A DNA stretch of 64,000 nt from Lama glama (lineage: Eukaryota), in assembly GCA_028534125.1 (NCBI GenBank), contig CM052826.1, positions 17,546,001 through 17,610,000 on the forward strand. The letters are read 5' to 3'. The notes below the pieces were generated by a model. That model saw nothing but the letters and a program-made list of their open reading frames with translations. It was not told the origin of the DNA and did no database searches. A program made the translations under genes and the position numbers. Positions 1-18,200 of the stretch are shown one piece after another. The stretch's first letter is position 1; the number at the start of each line of letters is the position of its first letter.

Positions 1-399
1 CAGCACCAGTAATTGACTCAAGGGGGATGTTGTGCTCTCACTGGCCTGATCTGGATTACGCTTGTACCTGAAGGCCCCTGGTGGGGTGAGTTCCAACTGA
101 ACCACATGGACCGATGATGGGGGTGTCCCCTCCAAAAGAAAGTCAGGTGCTGGAACCAGAAGGGGAAGGTGCTGACCAGGGAATCTAGAGACACTGACCA
201 CAGAAATTGGTGGTCATGACTGACTCTGTAGTACATCTACCTGGATTCACATGCCAGTTCTATTTACTCATTCTGTAACTTTGGGCATGTTGCCCAGCAC
301 TTACAAGCATCAGCTTCATCTGTAAAATGGGGATAATTGTTCCTCTCATGGGGTTGTTGGGAGAATTAAACGAGTTAACGCAAGTTGTTGTGATTATGC

Positions 400-880
400 A
401 TCCCTGTGTAACAACTTCCAGCTTAGAGGGGCTTTTTTGTAAAACAACAATCATTATCTTTCACAGTTCTGGAGTTTGTCTGGGCTTAGCTGGGTGGTTC
501 TCCCTCAAGGTCTCTCATGCAACTGCAGGTAGTAGCTGGGGCTGGAGTCACCTTGAAGGCTTCCTCATTCACGTATCTGGTGGTTGGTACCGGCTCTTGC
601 CTTCAACCTCAGCTGTGGCTGTCAGCCAGAATAGCTACCCGTGGCCTATCCCAGCGGCTTGGGCTTCCTCATAGCGTGGCGTTTGGGTTCCCAAGGCAAG
701 TGTGCCAAGAAAGAGAGCCAGGTGGAAGTTGTCTCACTTTTGACCACTTAGCCTTAGAAGTCACACAATGTCACCTCTGCTTTCTGTTCACTAATATGTG
801 TCACTAAAGGCAGCTCCTACTCAAAAGGGAGGTGTCCTAGACTCCACCTCCTAATGGGAGGGATGTCAAATAAAATGCTC
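400..880 (-). mobile_element. Degenerate MLT1-family LTR, apparently nested in a MIR
   Basis: Contains tcacagttctgg...ctgggcttagctgggtggttct and related MLT1 segments. A MIR core (catctgtaaaatggggataat) lies at about 318-338 and MIR-like sequence at about 880-920. Confidence 0.5.
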
Positions 881-2174
881 AGAAAATGCCTGGCATGTAA
901 TTAACACTCAATAAATGTAGGCATCATCCATGATCACTGTTGTTGTTGATGATGTCACATATGCACTGTTATTGTGACAAGGAGGATAAGCAGGCATTCA
1001 AGGAAGAGGAGTGAGATAAGCCTTTAAAGGGTCTCCAGGCAGAGGACCAAGCCACAGCAAAGGGCATTTCAAGCAGGCCTGAAGATTTCAGGTTCTGGGA
1101 ACTCCCAGCTGCTTGGTGAGCCTGGAACAAAGCATGGGAGCTGGAGTCAAATCACAGAAGGCCTTGAATGCCAGGAGTAGGTGCTGTGAGCTGATGATAA
1201 GGGGTGTGAGAGCCCCAGGTTTAAGCAGGGGAAGACCCATCAGACTGACACCCTTGCCTGCCACTTGCCAGCAGGTCAGGGCAGGGCTGAGACTGGAGGT
1301 GAGGGGCACCAGTGAGCACCTTGGGACAGGAACTGAAAGATGGGCAGAGGGGGTGAATGAGAGGGAATCAGAGGAATAACCCAGAAGGCTGTCCACTTGA
1401 AACTTTCAGGTTGCTATCAACCTCATTTTAAACAAGACCCTGAGGATCTTTGGCAGGTTTGGTGTGGGACTCGAGCTCCTCATTTCTAACTCCCTGGTGA
1501 ACTTGATGCTGCTGGCCTGGGAACACCACTCAGAATAGCCAGGGATCCCTAGACATGTGTTAGAAGTATTCACCAGTTACACCAGCTGCAAGAAAAGAGG
1601 GGAACATTACCAATTCTTTCTTATCTTACAAGTCAAATTCTATCAGCAGTCAGAAGGGTCTATAATTTCAAGATGAACTGTAATTCTAATAATTCTGAGG
1701 GAAAGAGGCAAGGCTGAGGTACTCCACATTCATAGCATAGAAAAGGGCAGAACCACAAATGGAATTAGGTTCTGTAACGTTTTGCAACTACAATGATAAC
1801 CACAGGCTGAGGTGTGAATAGATATTTTCAGGTGGAAAAATGGGGTAGTCAGAGCTCCTCTCCAAGGCCCGCCCTCATCACCTCCGCTCCAGGTCCTTCA
1901 TGCAGCTGGGTCCTCTCATCCCGGGGTCTCTGAACTTGCTCTTCCCACTGTCTAGAACCCCCTTCACCCTCCTGTTTTCTGTTCTGCCCCCTCAACCATC
2001 AGATCTTGGCCACTCAGGTCCTCAGACCCTACAAGCCCCAGGCCAGAGCTGGCCTCTGCATGTGCACTCCAAGGGCCCTCTGGTCCTCAATGGGAAGTTT
2101 AGGACCCTTTCTGGCAGGTCAGCACTGGCTTCCCCGTGTCCAGCACAGGACATGTACACAGTGCAGAGGTGCTC

Positions 2175-2737
2175 TGTTATGGGCTGAATCGTACCCCCTA
2201 CTCCTGCTGCCAAAAAAAAAAAGAAATTTCATGTTGAAGCTCTAACCCCCAGTACCTCAGAATGTAACTATATTTAAAGATAAACCTTTAGAGTCAGTAA
2301 GTAAAATGAGGTCCTATGGGCGGGTCCTAATCCAACATGACTGGAGTCCTCACAGAGATTAGGACACAGACACACAAACAGAAGACCATGTGAAGACAGG
2401 AAGATGGCTATCTACAACCCAAGGAGAGAAGCCTCAGAAGAGACCAGTGGGGTCAGCGTTGGGGGGGGGGGCGCGGATGGGACACACAGCTCAGTGGTAG
2501 AGCGCATGCTTAGCACATCCTGGGTTCAATCCCCAGTACTCCATTAAAATAAATAAATTTTAAAAAATCTAGCTACCCACCCCCCATAAAAATATAAAGA
2601 AAAAAAAAGAAAGCAGTCCTGTTCTGACGCCTTCATCTTGGACTTTTAGCTTCCAGAACTGTGAGGAAATTAAGTTGTATTGTTTCAGTCCCCTAGTCTA
2701 TGACACTTTCCTATGACAGCTTTGGCAGACTAATACA
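2175..2737 (+). mobile_element. MaLR solo LTR (MLT1B-like) with intact 5-bp TSD, interrupted by a SINE
   Basis: TG...CA termini flanked by TGCTC at 2170-2174 and 2738-2742. It carries typical MLT1 segments (atgttgaagctctaacccccagtacctcagaatgt; cttggacttttagcttccagaactgtgag) and is about 394 bp after the SINE is removed. Confidence 0.85.
2449..2606 (+). mobile_element. tRNA-derived SINE resembling camelid Vic-1
   Basis: A box AGCTCAGTGG at 2488-2497, B box GGTTCAATCC at 2523-2532, an AT-rich body and an A tail. The TSD is degenerate: AAGAGACCAGT (2438-2448) versus AAGAAAGCAGT (2607-2617). Confidence 0.8.
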
Positions 2738-3204
2738 TGCTCCATGAATAATACTCCCACAATGCCCTTGGCTTCTGCCATCAGAGCATTTATTTAAAAA
2801 AACAAAAGACATTCCCTCTTCCTTTCCAGTAAAATCCCTCTGTTCAAGTCAAGGTAGTGGGGGGTGGAGTCAAGGGATGGGGATGGGAGTCTCTCCCTCC
2901 CTCCCAGGTACCTATTTTTGGCTCTTTACGCAAGGTATTCCATTCCCCTTGCCAGGGATTGCTTCAGATGTAGATGTATCCTACTTTCAGCCAGGAAGAG
3001 ACAGAGTGGCTGCTTGGAGATGAGGCCTTTGGAGGTTGGGATGTGATGTCTGGGGCTGTGGCAGCCATCTTGGGACCATGAGAGGCAAAAAACAAAAACA
3101 AAAACAAAAAACTTTAACTGGCAAAATAGAAGATGGATTTAAAAAACGGTGTCTTTGATGTTGTTGAGCCACTTGACTTCCATACCTCTCATGGAGTGAG
3201 ATAA

Positions 3205-3710
3205 ACCTGTCCCAGTGCTGGCAAGACTGTGAAGGAAACAAGTGCTCACTTACATTGCTGGTGGGAGTGCCACTGAGTACAAGTCTCCACAGAGGGGAAT
3301 TTGGAAATCTATCCCCAAATTACAAACCACATAGACCTTCTAACCCAGCAATCCTACCTCTGGGAATTTATCCTACAGATTAAAGTGTGAAAAATAATGG
3401 CAAACCTGTCACTCCCTGCTGTACACGTTTAACAGCAAGCTGGGGGACAACTCAATGTCTATTAAGAGATATTAAATAAACTATAGGGCAGTCATGCCAT
3501 GGAGGAATCTGCAGCTGTCATGGGAATGAGGAAGGTTTTTAGACACCTATTTGGAATTATCTCCAAAATATACCCAGTGAAAGGAGTTATGTGCACAATC
3601 TAACGTATACTATTTCCATTTCTGTAAAAAAAAGAACCCTTCAGTTAAGATGTATCCATATGTACATTTGTAACATGCCAGGATAACTCCAGAAAGACCT
3701 AGAAGGTAGC
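3205..3710 (+). mobile_element. Old L1M (L1ME-like) 3' fragment
   Basis: L1 3' segments such as cattgctggtgggagtg and cccagcaatcctacctctgggaatttatcctacaga. The element probably resumes after 4053. Confidence 0.65.
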
Positions 3711-4053
3711 TGCTATGGTCTGAGTATTTGTGTCCCCATCCAAATTCTTATGTTGAAATCCTACCCCCATAGAAGATGGTGTTTCAAGCGGGGCCTGAAG
3801 GAGGTGATTAGGTCATGAGTGTGCGGCTCTCACGAGTGGGATTAGGGACCCCACAGAGATTCCCCACCCCTTCCACCATGTGAGGACAGAGCAAGTCGGC
3901 AGTCTGAGACCTGGAGGAGAGACCTCACCAAACCCCAATCATGTTCATAACCTGATCTTGGACTTCCAGCCTCCAAACTGAGCAGTAACTAGCTGTTGTT
4001 TACAAACCGCCAGCCTGTGGTATTTTGGTACAGCAGCCCCAAAAGGACAGACA
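3711..4053 (+). mobile_element. MaLR solo LTR (MLT1A0-like)
   Basis: Runs tgctatggtctga...aaattcttatgttgaaatccta...ggaggtgattaggtcatgag...tgatcttggacttccagcctcc...acagaca, with TG...CA ends. Confidence 0.8.
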
Positions 4054-4341
4054 TCCCAGGAAGCCTACCACTGTGCTGAGAGTAGGATGGGAGGGAAGCT
4101 TCTCAACGTACTCCTTTCTAATTCTGCATCATACAAATATGTTGCACACTTTAAAAAGCAAATCACATCAATCAACCAGTGCCCATCCTTTATGTTCCAG
4201 AAGTCAGCAACTGGGTCCAGATGCAGATGGAGCATATTCCCACCCCTACATCTGGTCCCCAAGGAGAACCCCCACACTTAGGTTTCCTTCAACAATTTTA
4301 ATCAAACGGGGGGGGGGGTAAATGGGGTACAGACTGGCAAC

Positions 4342-8460
<4,119 letters not shown>

Positions 8461-9390
8461 CCGGGGACAAACAGCCGAGCTCTGGGTTTGGGGAACGGAG
8501 TGGGTGGGGTCGCTTTCCAAGCTTCGCCCCGGTGTCTCTGGAGCTTCGCCCGCCGGGGCTAGTGGGATGGGAGGGAAATAAAAGGGAAATTGAGGCGGGC
8601 CTTGGAGGACCCGATTCGGTCGGGGCCTAGAAGTTCAAATACCACTATACTCCTAGAATACGGTGTCTGTATCGCTGAATTCCTGTCCCCCATCGGGTTT
8701 CAGGCACTTTGTACTCGCGGTCCCTGCCACTCCACACAGTCTGAGACCCGTGGACTAGGAATCCCCGCTCCCATGGAGCTCAAACCTTCATTCTTGGAGT
8801 TCCCCAATTCCCCCTCTCTGTCGCTCATCCGGAGCGCCCCCCTCCCCTTGCCTGCTACCTACTCTCTCTCTCATTCGGGCTAAGACTCCCCGAACCAAGA
8901 CCGCAGACCTCTAAAGACTCGGCTCAGAGTCTCCACCCACCACGCAGGCTCCTTCCCCCCAACTCGGGGTGCACCCCCATACCGCCCTTCTCCCTCTCTC
9001 TCCCCCATCTTAGCGAGACGCACGCCTCCTAGATTTGTCCACCGCGCGGCACGTCTCTTTCGATTCCCTGCTTTCAGCGGGGCTCACGCCCTCGGCCTGT
9101 GGATTTCTATTCCTCACCAGGGTCCCATTTCCTCCAGCTCCGTTTTCCCCTCTCCGGCCCCACAACCTTTCTTCCTTTCTCCTCGGATATCAGCGGGGCT
9201 CACATCTCCTGACTCAACTCTCCCATTCCACACTGCGATCAAGCCCCAGACTTCGTTTTCCTTTCCGGTGCCCGCTCTTACCCGCCCCCAACAGCCCTTT
9301 CCCCTCTCCCCGCCCACCCTGGGAACCCGCGGCCCCTGACTCGCCAGCCCTTCCCGCCCCACCACCTCTGCGCCCGATTCTCACCCGGGC

Positions 9391-11270
<1,880 letters not shown>

Positions 11271-11664
11271 TTATTTTCCACCCACCCTAGCGACTGCCTT
11301 TGTGCTTACGGGGAAAACCGAGGCCAGAGCCTTGGAATACAGGCCGCATCCCCAGGCTCCCCGCCCCCTGCTCGCGGCGTCTCCTGCTGGGCCGGTGGTC
11401 TTGCGCGGCCGCGCTCAGTCCGATGCACTAACAGGGGGCCGGGCGGCAGCTGTCCCGCCGCTCTTGCTGCCCAGGGGGGTGGATCTCCCAAAGTCTCAAG
11501 GCCGTGCGGACCTGGTGCCGGAGAGGGTGCAGGGCAGTGCTGCTGCTGCCTCCGCCGCTCTGACTCAGTAACTGGGCCCAGCCCGCCTCGTGACCTTGGG
11601 GAGCGAGGACAAAGGGTCCTCCCGGGCGTACTGACCGGGAGGGGGTGGGTCTCAGCTTTCAGCC

Positions 11665-13714
11665 ATGGCCTCAGGCAACGCGCACATCGGAAAGCACGCT
11701 CCGGAGTTCCAGGCCACCGCCGTGGTAGATGGCGCCTTCAAGGAGGTGAAGCTTTCAGACTACAGAGGTGAGGGCGATCTGGAGGGGAGCCTGGTGGGGG
11801 CGGAGCACAGGCATTAGAGGCACTGAGCCCTCACTCCTTGTCTATTCGCACCCTTCCCCCAGGGAAATACTTGGTTCTCTTTTTCTACCCGCTGGACTTC
11901 ACCTTTGTGTGCCCCACGGAGATCATCGCTTTCAGTGAGCATGCTGAGGAGTTCCACAAGCTGGGCTGCGAGGTGCTGGGTGTCTCCGTCGACTCTCAGT
12001 TCACCCACCTGGCTTGGTATGAGTGGGGAGCAGCAAGGAAGGAGGGTGCAGCTAAACCTGCCCGTCTATAGGGTCAGAGCTGTGTGTTCTCGTGGCCAGT
12101 GTTCAATCTCTGTGCCTCCCTTTCGCATCTTGAAAATAATGGAAATAGTGATGTCCAAAGTCTTTAATGATGATGACAATAATTAGCATTTGGAAACTAG
12201 TCAGGAGGCCTAGAGAGTTGCAGATGTTTTATCTCACTTAGGGCAACACAGTCTCCCTCCCAAGAACTATTTCAATAAGGTGAAAACTCCAGTTCGAGAG
12301 AGTGAAGGGCTGGGCCCCAGAACACAGAAGATAAAGATAGAAGGATGGGGACTAAGGCAGGTTCTCTGCCCCAAGATGCAGGCAGCCACAAGCACATGTG
12401 AAGCCATTTGCTAGAGTATTAGCTTAGTCTTCCCAGCTGGAGGAAACAGCCCCTGTACCCACTTCAGGGTGGGATGGGTGGGGCTCCCTAGGCCTTACTC
12501 CAAAGCCCCTTATCGCTCACCTCCAGCACTCCCTCTCCAGCCCTTATCACACCCAGGCCCGCATGGTGAGGACCTTGCTGTGCCAGGCATCCTGGGGTCC
12601 CAGCCCTGTCTTCTCCACCCCTAGGATCAACACCCCTCGGAAGGAGGGAGGCTTGGGCCCCCTGAACATCCCCCTGCTGGCTGATGTAACCAGAAGCTTG
12701 TCCCGTGATTATGGTGTGCTAAAGGAAGACGAGGGCATCGCATACAGGTACTGTAGCAGCCTCAGGAAGCCCCTGTCTTCAGGGTGTCAGGGTGAGGGGA
12801 CCACTCTTGGGTGATGCCCTCCTTGCCCCTAACCCTGTGGCTAGCAGGAAGTCGGTACTCCCTCCCCTAGCCCTAATAGTGGGAGCCCCGGCTCCTCACT
12901 GTGAACCCTGGTATCTTAGGGGCCTCTTTATCATCGATGGCAAGGGTATCCTTCGCCAGATCACTATCAATGATTTGCCTGTGGGACGCTCCGTGGACGA
13001 GGCTCTGCGGCTGGTCCAGGCCTTCCAGTACACAGATGAGCATGGGGAAGGTGAGCAGACACACAGACATGTTCACACGGGGGTACCTATGCAGCCCCTC
13101 TGTCATGCGTGCGTACATTCATTGCCTGCTTATCACCCGTGTGGGATGGATGTGAGGGCCCCTAGAAGATTCAGCTCAAGGCCGGAAGCCAGGAAGTTTC
13201 TAGTCTGGTGGGGGAAATACCCCAATATGAGGCTGGGGAGCTGGGAGGTAATAGAAATCTATAGAAGGTATTTGAGAATGAGTGTCCCAAGGCAGGCTTT
13301 AATGTTAGTTGGATCAGAGTATCTTCTCATGTGAAGGACACAACCTGACCACAGCCAGGCCCTCGAAGTCCAGTGGGGCTGGGGCTGGGGCTGAGGGAGA
13401 AAGATGGGATGAAAGGAGCCAAAAAGGAAGTTAAAATGTCAGCCAGAAAATCCTGCAGCTGGGTTTGGAGGGCTTCTCATCATGCAGCATGGTCTTGGGC
13501 CTGGAACACTCGGCTCCAGGCTTTTTCTTCTGCAACTCATGCTCTTGCTTTGCCTATCTGTCCCCTCACTATGGCTCTACCTTGAATATGGCCCTTTAAC
13601 CTCACATGTGCATCTCTTGTCTTTCCAGTCTGTCCTGCTGGCTGGAAGCCAGGCAGTGACACAATCAAGCCCAATGTGGACGACAGCAAGGAATATTTCT
13701 CCAAACACAACTAG
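11665..13714 (+). CDS. PRDX2: Peroxiredoxin-2 (typical 2-Cys Prx), 5 coding exons, 198 aa
   Basis: Exons: 11665-11767, 11863-12016, 12625-12747, 12920-13050, 13629-13714, totalling 597 nt. Motifs are [14 protein letters not shown] (peroxidatic Cys), [16 protein letters not shown] (resolving Cys) and the C-terminal YF. AATAAA lies at 13922-13927. Confidence 0.99.
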
Positions 13715-15584
13715 GCTGGCAGACAGGTGGCAAACTTGGCTCTTGGCCCCCATCTGTGCCCCTATCTGGGTGCCTTGCGCTGACCCAGGAAAGGCCAGAC
13801 CTGCCCCCCTTCAGACTCTACAGTCCATGGCCCTAAAGGGCTAGGCCAAGGCCTTCTCACGCTCCCAGCTGGGAGCTGGTGAATGGTGACCCCCTCCCAG
13901 GACACAGGCCTAGAGGTGACCAATAAAGTGTTCGGGACAGTTAAGTCTGTGTTCGTGTGGTTTGTCCTGGTGTTGGTAGCACACCACTCCCCGCCCCCTT
14001 TCTCCAGGCTCTGGTCTGGGAAACTGACTGTAGTTACTGATCTCCACCACAAGGTGGCAGTCGCACCTCACGCTCAGCGCTTACTCTTCCTCTTTTTCCT
14101 TGGCCTGAAGGCAGTTGGGGGGTGAGGAAGGTGGCGCTGTTTGCCCCTTGCAGGGGGAGCAAGTCCCAGGCTGCCTTACAACCTGAAACCTGGCTACTCA
14201 GGGCAGCACTCGCACCTTGCCAACAACCAGCTTGGGTTCAAATGCTTCTTAAGAGCTGTGATCTTCCCTGGGTCTCTTCAACAGCAAATTGGGAATAAAG
14301 ACAACCAACCCACATCACTATACACGTTAAAAGGGATCTAAAAGTATGTGAAGAGCAGGGCCCTGGGGCTGAAAGAAGGTGGGGACTCAATCCTGAGAGC
14401 AGAACCAAGAGTGGGAACTTGATGTACACACCCAGTCCCTCCTGCAAGTTCTGCCCCACCCCAGACTGGAAGGGCTTTCCATCTACCCCGGGAGTGGAAG
14501 GATGAGAGTTAAGCTGGAAGGCAGGTGTTAGGAGCAAGACAGTGTTAGAAGGAGTGCAGTTTGATGCTGTGCATGTTCAGGTGAGTGGCTTTACCACTCT
14601 AAGCCCCCATTTCCTTCCACAGAACAAGATTGATAAGTGTATTTAATCCATAGGCCCATTATTAATATTGCTACCCACCCTAATATGCTCCAAGGTCACT
14701 CTTCTCAGCCTTGGAGTTTTATCTACACTCCCCAAGGCCCTGCGTGGTCTTCCCTGACCTCGTCTCTCCCTGGTTCACTCCATTGCAGCACACTGGCTTC
14801 TTGCTGTTCTTTAACAGGCTGATTTGATCAGGCCACAGGAACTTTGCATGTGCCGTTCCCAATGCCCATAGAGCTGTTACTCAGGATTCTCGGGGCTCGA
14901 CTTCAAATCTGAAAAATCACTTCATTAAAGGTTCATATTCCCCAACCATTCTCCAAAGCAGCTCACCTCTCCTGCCCCATCACTACTACTTTGACCAGTA
15001 TTTTCTCTTCCTAGCACTTACCACCATCTCCGAATCATGTTTGCTTGTTTATTGTCTGCCCTGGTCCAGGATTGACACCAAGGCCAGGTTGTTCAGTATT
15101 TTATAAATGAATTAATAAAGCGTCTGTTTTAACCCACCTCGCCCCTGTGGCCTGGTTTCTTGGCCTGTGTTTTCCTCTGCTGCTCTGGGGGCCTCCAGCT
15201 CCGAAGCCAACCAGACCCCCTCGGGGCTCACCAGCCTCCCTCCACCCGTCCCAGCTACCAGGGAAGCAGCCCCACGCGAGGGCGGCGGCGGCGCCCGGCG
15301 GCCCAAGCAGCCGCCCCGGCAGGACCAGACCTGGCAGTCGCCCCGCTCCAGGCCTGGCACCCGGGAGGGGAAACTGGCAGACGGGCACCGCCCTTCCTGG
15401 CGGGGGTGGGGGGACCGCGGCAGTCACGACGCGCAGGCAACTGCAACCCCCTGCCCGGGTCAGGTCAGACGGAGCGGGCGTGGGCGCGACAGGGCCTAGG
15501 CGCCAGCCCGATGTGGGGAGGATCTGGGGTGGCTCCCAGAGCTCAGGAGCGCGGCCCGCCCACCGCGGACGCTCTGGACCCAGG

Positions 15585-15775
15585 CCTGGGGCTTTCCGGG
15601 CCTCGGCAGCGTTCTGCCTGGGAAAATCCCGGCCCCCTTCCCGGCGCCGCGGCCCTGCCCGGCAGAGCGGGGGAGGGGATTCCCGGAATCTGCCCGGAGA
15701 CCGCCGTCGCGTCACTGGGCAGAATCGGCCCATGTTTGGACAGCGCTTCCGCTGCGTCAGCGGGGAAAGCCCCGG
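15585..15775. promoter_or_regulatory. JUNB 3' enhancer (NF-kB, STAT, CRE-like, CArG-like cluster)
   Basis: kB sites at 15588-15597, 15620-15630, 15675-15684 and 15764-15773. STAT site TTCCCGGAA at 15680-15688. CRE-like sites at 15707-15714 and 15753-15759. CArG-like CCATGTTTGG at 15730-15739. Confidence 0.75.
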
Positions 15776-16563
15776 CGCGCGCGGATGGGCGGGGCCGCGC
15801 CCGCGCACTGCGCGTTTCGCCCCAGGCATCCCGGCCTCTGGTGCTGGCCGGCTGGACCGCGTAACCGCCCTGGACCTCCCAACCTGGAAGATGAGGGGAC
15901 GCAAGAAGGGTTGGACACCTGAACTGGGGCCGCAAGATGCCTGAACAGAGCTGGCGAGGATGACACAGATACTAGAACGAGGCATAAACAGCAGTGGGGT
16001 GGGGGCCGCCCAGTACTCTTCCCTCCGCCCGCCCGGCTTGGAAAAAAAGACAACAAATTAATAAAGAACCTTTTTTTTCTTTACTTAAATAGATTCAATA
16101 AAAAGTCCGAACAACAAACGCACACACACACACAAACACATCAAAATAAACTCTTTAGATAACAAGTGCGTGTTTCTTTTCCACAGTACGTTGCAGAGGG
16201 GGAGGGCAGGGGGCGGAGGTCCCCTCCCCAGTATCCCCGCGGGCTTGAGTACCAGGCGGCGGGGCCAGCTCCGCCGCAATCGCCCCCTCCTCCCCTCCCT
16301 GTTAAATACACAAATATATTATATCCAATATGAATTGAGTCTTTCCAGCAAGAAAAAAAAATACAAAAAACGTGGAAGGGGGGCTTGTAAACGTCGAGGT
16401 GGAAGGACTGGGCGCAGAGCGGGCGAGCAGGAGTCCAGTGTGGTTTGCGGCGCCCCCAGGTCCCAAGGCCGGTGCCCACCGCCTGCCCCCTTGCCCCATG
16501 GGAGGCGGGCGCCCAGCCGTCCAGGCTGGGGAAATGTCCGTACAGAGGGGGTAAGGGGGGCGC

Positions 16564-17607
16564 TCAGAAGGCGTGTCCCTTGACCCCAAGCAGCAGCTGG
16601 CAGCCGTTGCTGACGTGGGTCATGACCTTCTGTTTGAGCTGGGCCACCTGCTCCCGGAGGAGGCCGGCAGTGCTGGACAGCCCCGCGTTCTCGGCCTTGA
16701 GTGTCTTCACCTTGTCCTCCAGGCGCGCGATACGCTCCAGCTTCCGCTTCCGGCACTTAGTGGCCGCCAGCCGGTTCCGCAGCCGCTTACGCTCTACTTT
16801 GATGCGCTCCTGGTCTTCCATGTTGATGGGGGACACTGGCGGCGTGGCGTCGCGACTGCGCGCCTCAGGCACGGTCTGCGGTTCCTCCTTGAAGGTGGAG
16901 GCGCCGCGGCCCAGGCCCAGCTGCGCAGGGTGGCCACCGGCAAAGGGCGGCGCGTGTGGGAGGTAGCTGATGGTGGCCGTCGGGTATGAGCTCCCAGTGC
17001 CGACGGCGGTCCCGGCGCCTCCGGAGGGTGCAGAGGCTGGAGAATAGCTGCTGAGGTTGGTGTAGACGGGAGGCGGCTCCGGGCCGGCGTAGACACCCGC
17101 GGGCCCGGCCGGGGGACCCCCGCTGGCGCCCAGGGACACGTTGGGGGGTGTCACGTGGTTCATCTTGTGCAGGTCGTCCAGGGCTTTTACAAAGCCGTCG
17201 GCGAAGCCTTCCTGCTCCTCGGTGACGCCGCCCCCTGCGCCCCCCGCACCTCCACCGCTGCCACCCCCGCGGGGGTAAAAGTACTGTCCCGGAGGCGTGG
17301 GCGTTGTCGTGATCACGCCGTTGCTGTTGGGGACGATCAGGCGCTCCAGCTCCGATGAGGCGAGCTTGAGCGACGCGACTGTGTCTGAGCCCTGGCCGGA
17401 AAAGTAGCTGCCGCCACCGCTGCCCTCTGGGCCGGGACCCCGCGCCCCGGGTGCTTTGAGATTTCGGTAGGGGTCGGCCAGGTTGAGCGCCAGGCTGGGT
17501 TTCAGGAGTTTGTAGTCGTGTAGAGAGAGGCCGCCAGGAGTCCGGCCGTATCCCGCCGCTGCGTATGAGTCGTCGTGGTAGAAGGGCTGTTCCATTTTAG
17601 TGCACAT
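16564..17607 (-). CDS. JUNB: Transcription factor JunB (AP-1 bZIP), intronless, 347 aa
   Basis: 1044-nt [18 protein letters not shown]...[37 protein letters not shown]...KGHAF with a basic region and leucine zipper. The 3'UTR is AU-rich, with a variant AGTAAA signal at about 16080-16085. Confidence 0.99.
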   Translation of the reverse strand: MCTKMEQPFYHDDSYAAAGYGRTPGGLSLHDYKLLKPSLALNLADPYRNLKAPGARGPGPEGSGGGSYFSGQGSDTVASLKLASSELERLIVPNSNGVITTTPTPPGQYFYPRGGGSGGGAGGAGGGVTEEQEGFADGFVKALDDLHKMNHVTPPNVSLGASGGPPAGPAGVYAGPEPPPVYTNLSSYSPASAPSGGAGTAVGTGSSYPTATISYLPHAPPFAGGHPAQLGLGRGASTFKEEPQTVPEARSRDATPPVSPINMEDQERIKVERKRLRNRLAATKCRKRKLERIARLEDKVKTLKAENAGLSSTAGLLREQVAQLKQKVMTHVSNGCQLLLGVKGHAF

Positions 17608-17917
17608 CCGGCCGGCCCGGGCGGTCTGAGGGGGTCCCTGCGGGGCCGCCCCGGGCCTCGCTGCAGCGAGCGGCGCGCTGTCCGCGGCGGTAGCTGGACT
17701 GGGTGTCTGGACGCGGGTTCCTGGGGGCTGGCACGGGCTGGGAGAGGCCAGCGGCGGCAGTGCGCGGAAGCTCTGTGCGGCTTCTCGAGCCCCCCTACCC
17801 CTCTCTAGCACGCTCGCTTTCTTGGTGTCGCTTCCCCCTTGCTCCCTGCTCCCAGCTCGCTCCGATGCTGGCCTGGCCGCGCTCAAGGTCCCAGCCGCTC
17901 AGCCGGAGCCACAAGCC

Positions 17918-18200
17918 TTTATACGGCGATTGTCAGCTGCGGAAGTGCACTCCGATTGGCCGTCGCCGGAGCCAGGCCCCCGCGCCCCCCTCCTGGAGCG
18001 TGGGGAAGGGGAGGAGGCGGCTCGCGTCACTGTCAGGAAGCGCGTGTCCTTGTAAACAGCGGCCACGGGCTGGGTGGCTCGGCAAGGCTGCAGGGGGAGG
18101 GGCTCAGGGGACCCTGGGGTGCGCAACGAAGGGGGTGCTGGAGAGGTCTGAGGCACACGGAGAGAGGCTCCAGGAAAGCCGATAATTTCCCTGGAATACG
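17918..18200 (-). promoter_or_regulatory. JUNB proximal promoter
   Basis: TATAAA at 17918-17923 (minus) and CCAAT at 17955-17959. A composite GCTTCCTGACAGTGACGCGAG element (STAT/Ets-like plus CRE-like, IL-6 response element type) lies at about 18021-18041. TTC-N4-GAA lies at 18187-18196. Confidence 0.8.

Noticed and set aside
2479-2545. Possible tRNA gene
   Set aside because: The anticodon/variable region is deleted, there is no clean acceptor stem, and it has an A-rich tail and TSD. It is a SINE.
11695-11697. PRDX2 His11 where human has Pro
   Set aside because: From memory this position varies among mammals, and it is far from the catalytic motifs.
15101-15985. Long overlapping ORFs (294, 265 and 234 aa), one with a signal-peptide-like start (MAWFLGLCFPLLLW)
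   Set aside because: They lie in a CpG island where stops are rare, are open in several frames, have Pro/Gly/Arg/Ala low-complexity composition, and the signal-like one starts at GTG. The region is explained by the JUNB 3' enhancer.
16564-17886. 440-aa JunB as listed in the ORF track
   Set aside because: It starts at a TTG essentially at the expected cap site. The recognised protein begins at ATG 17607.
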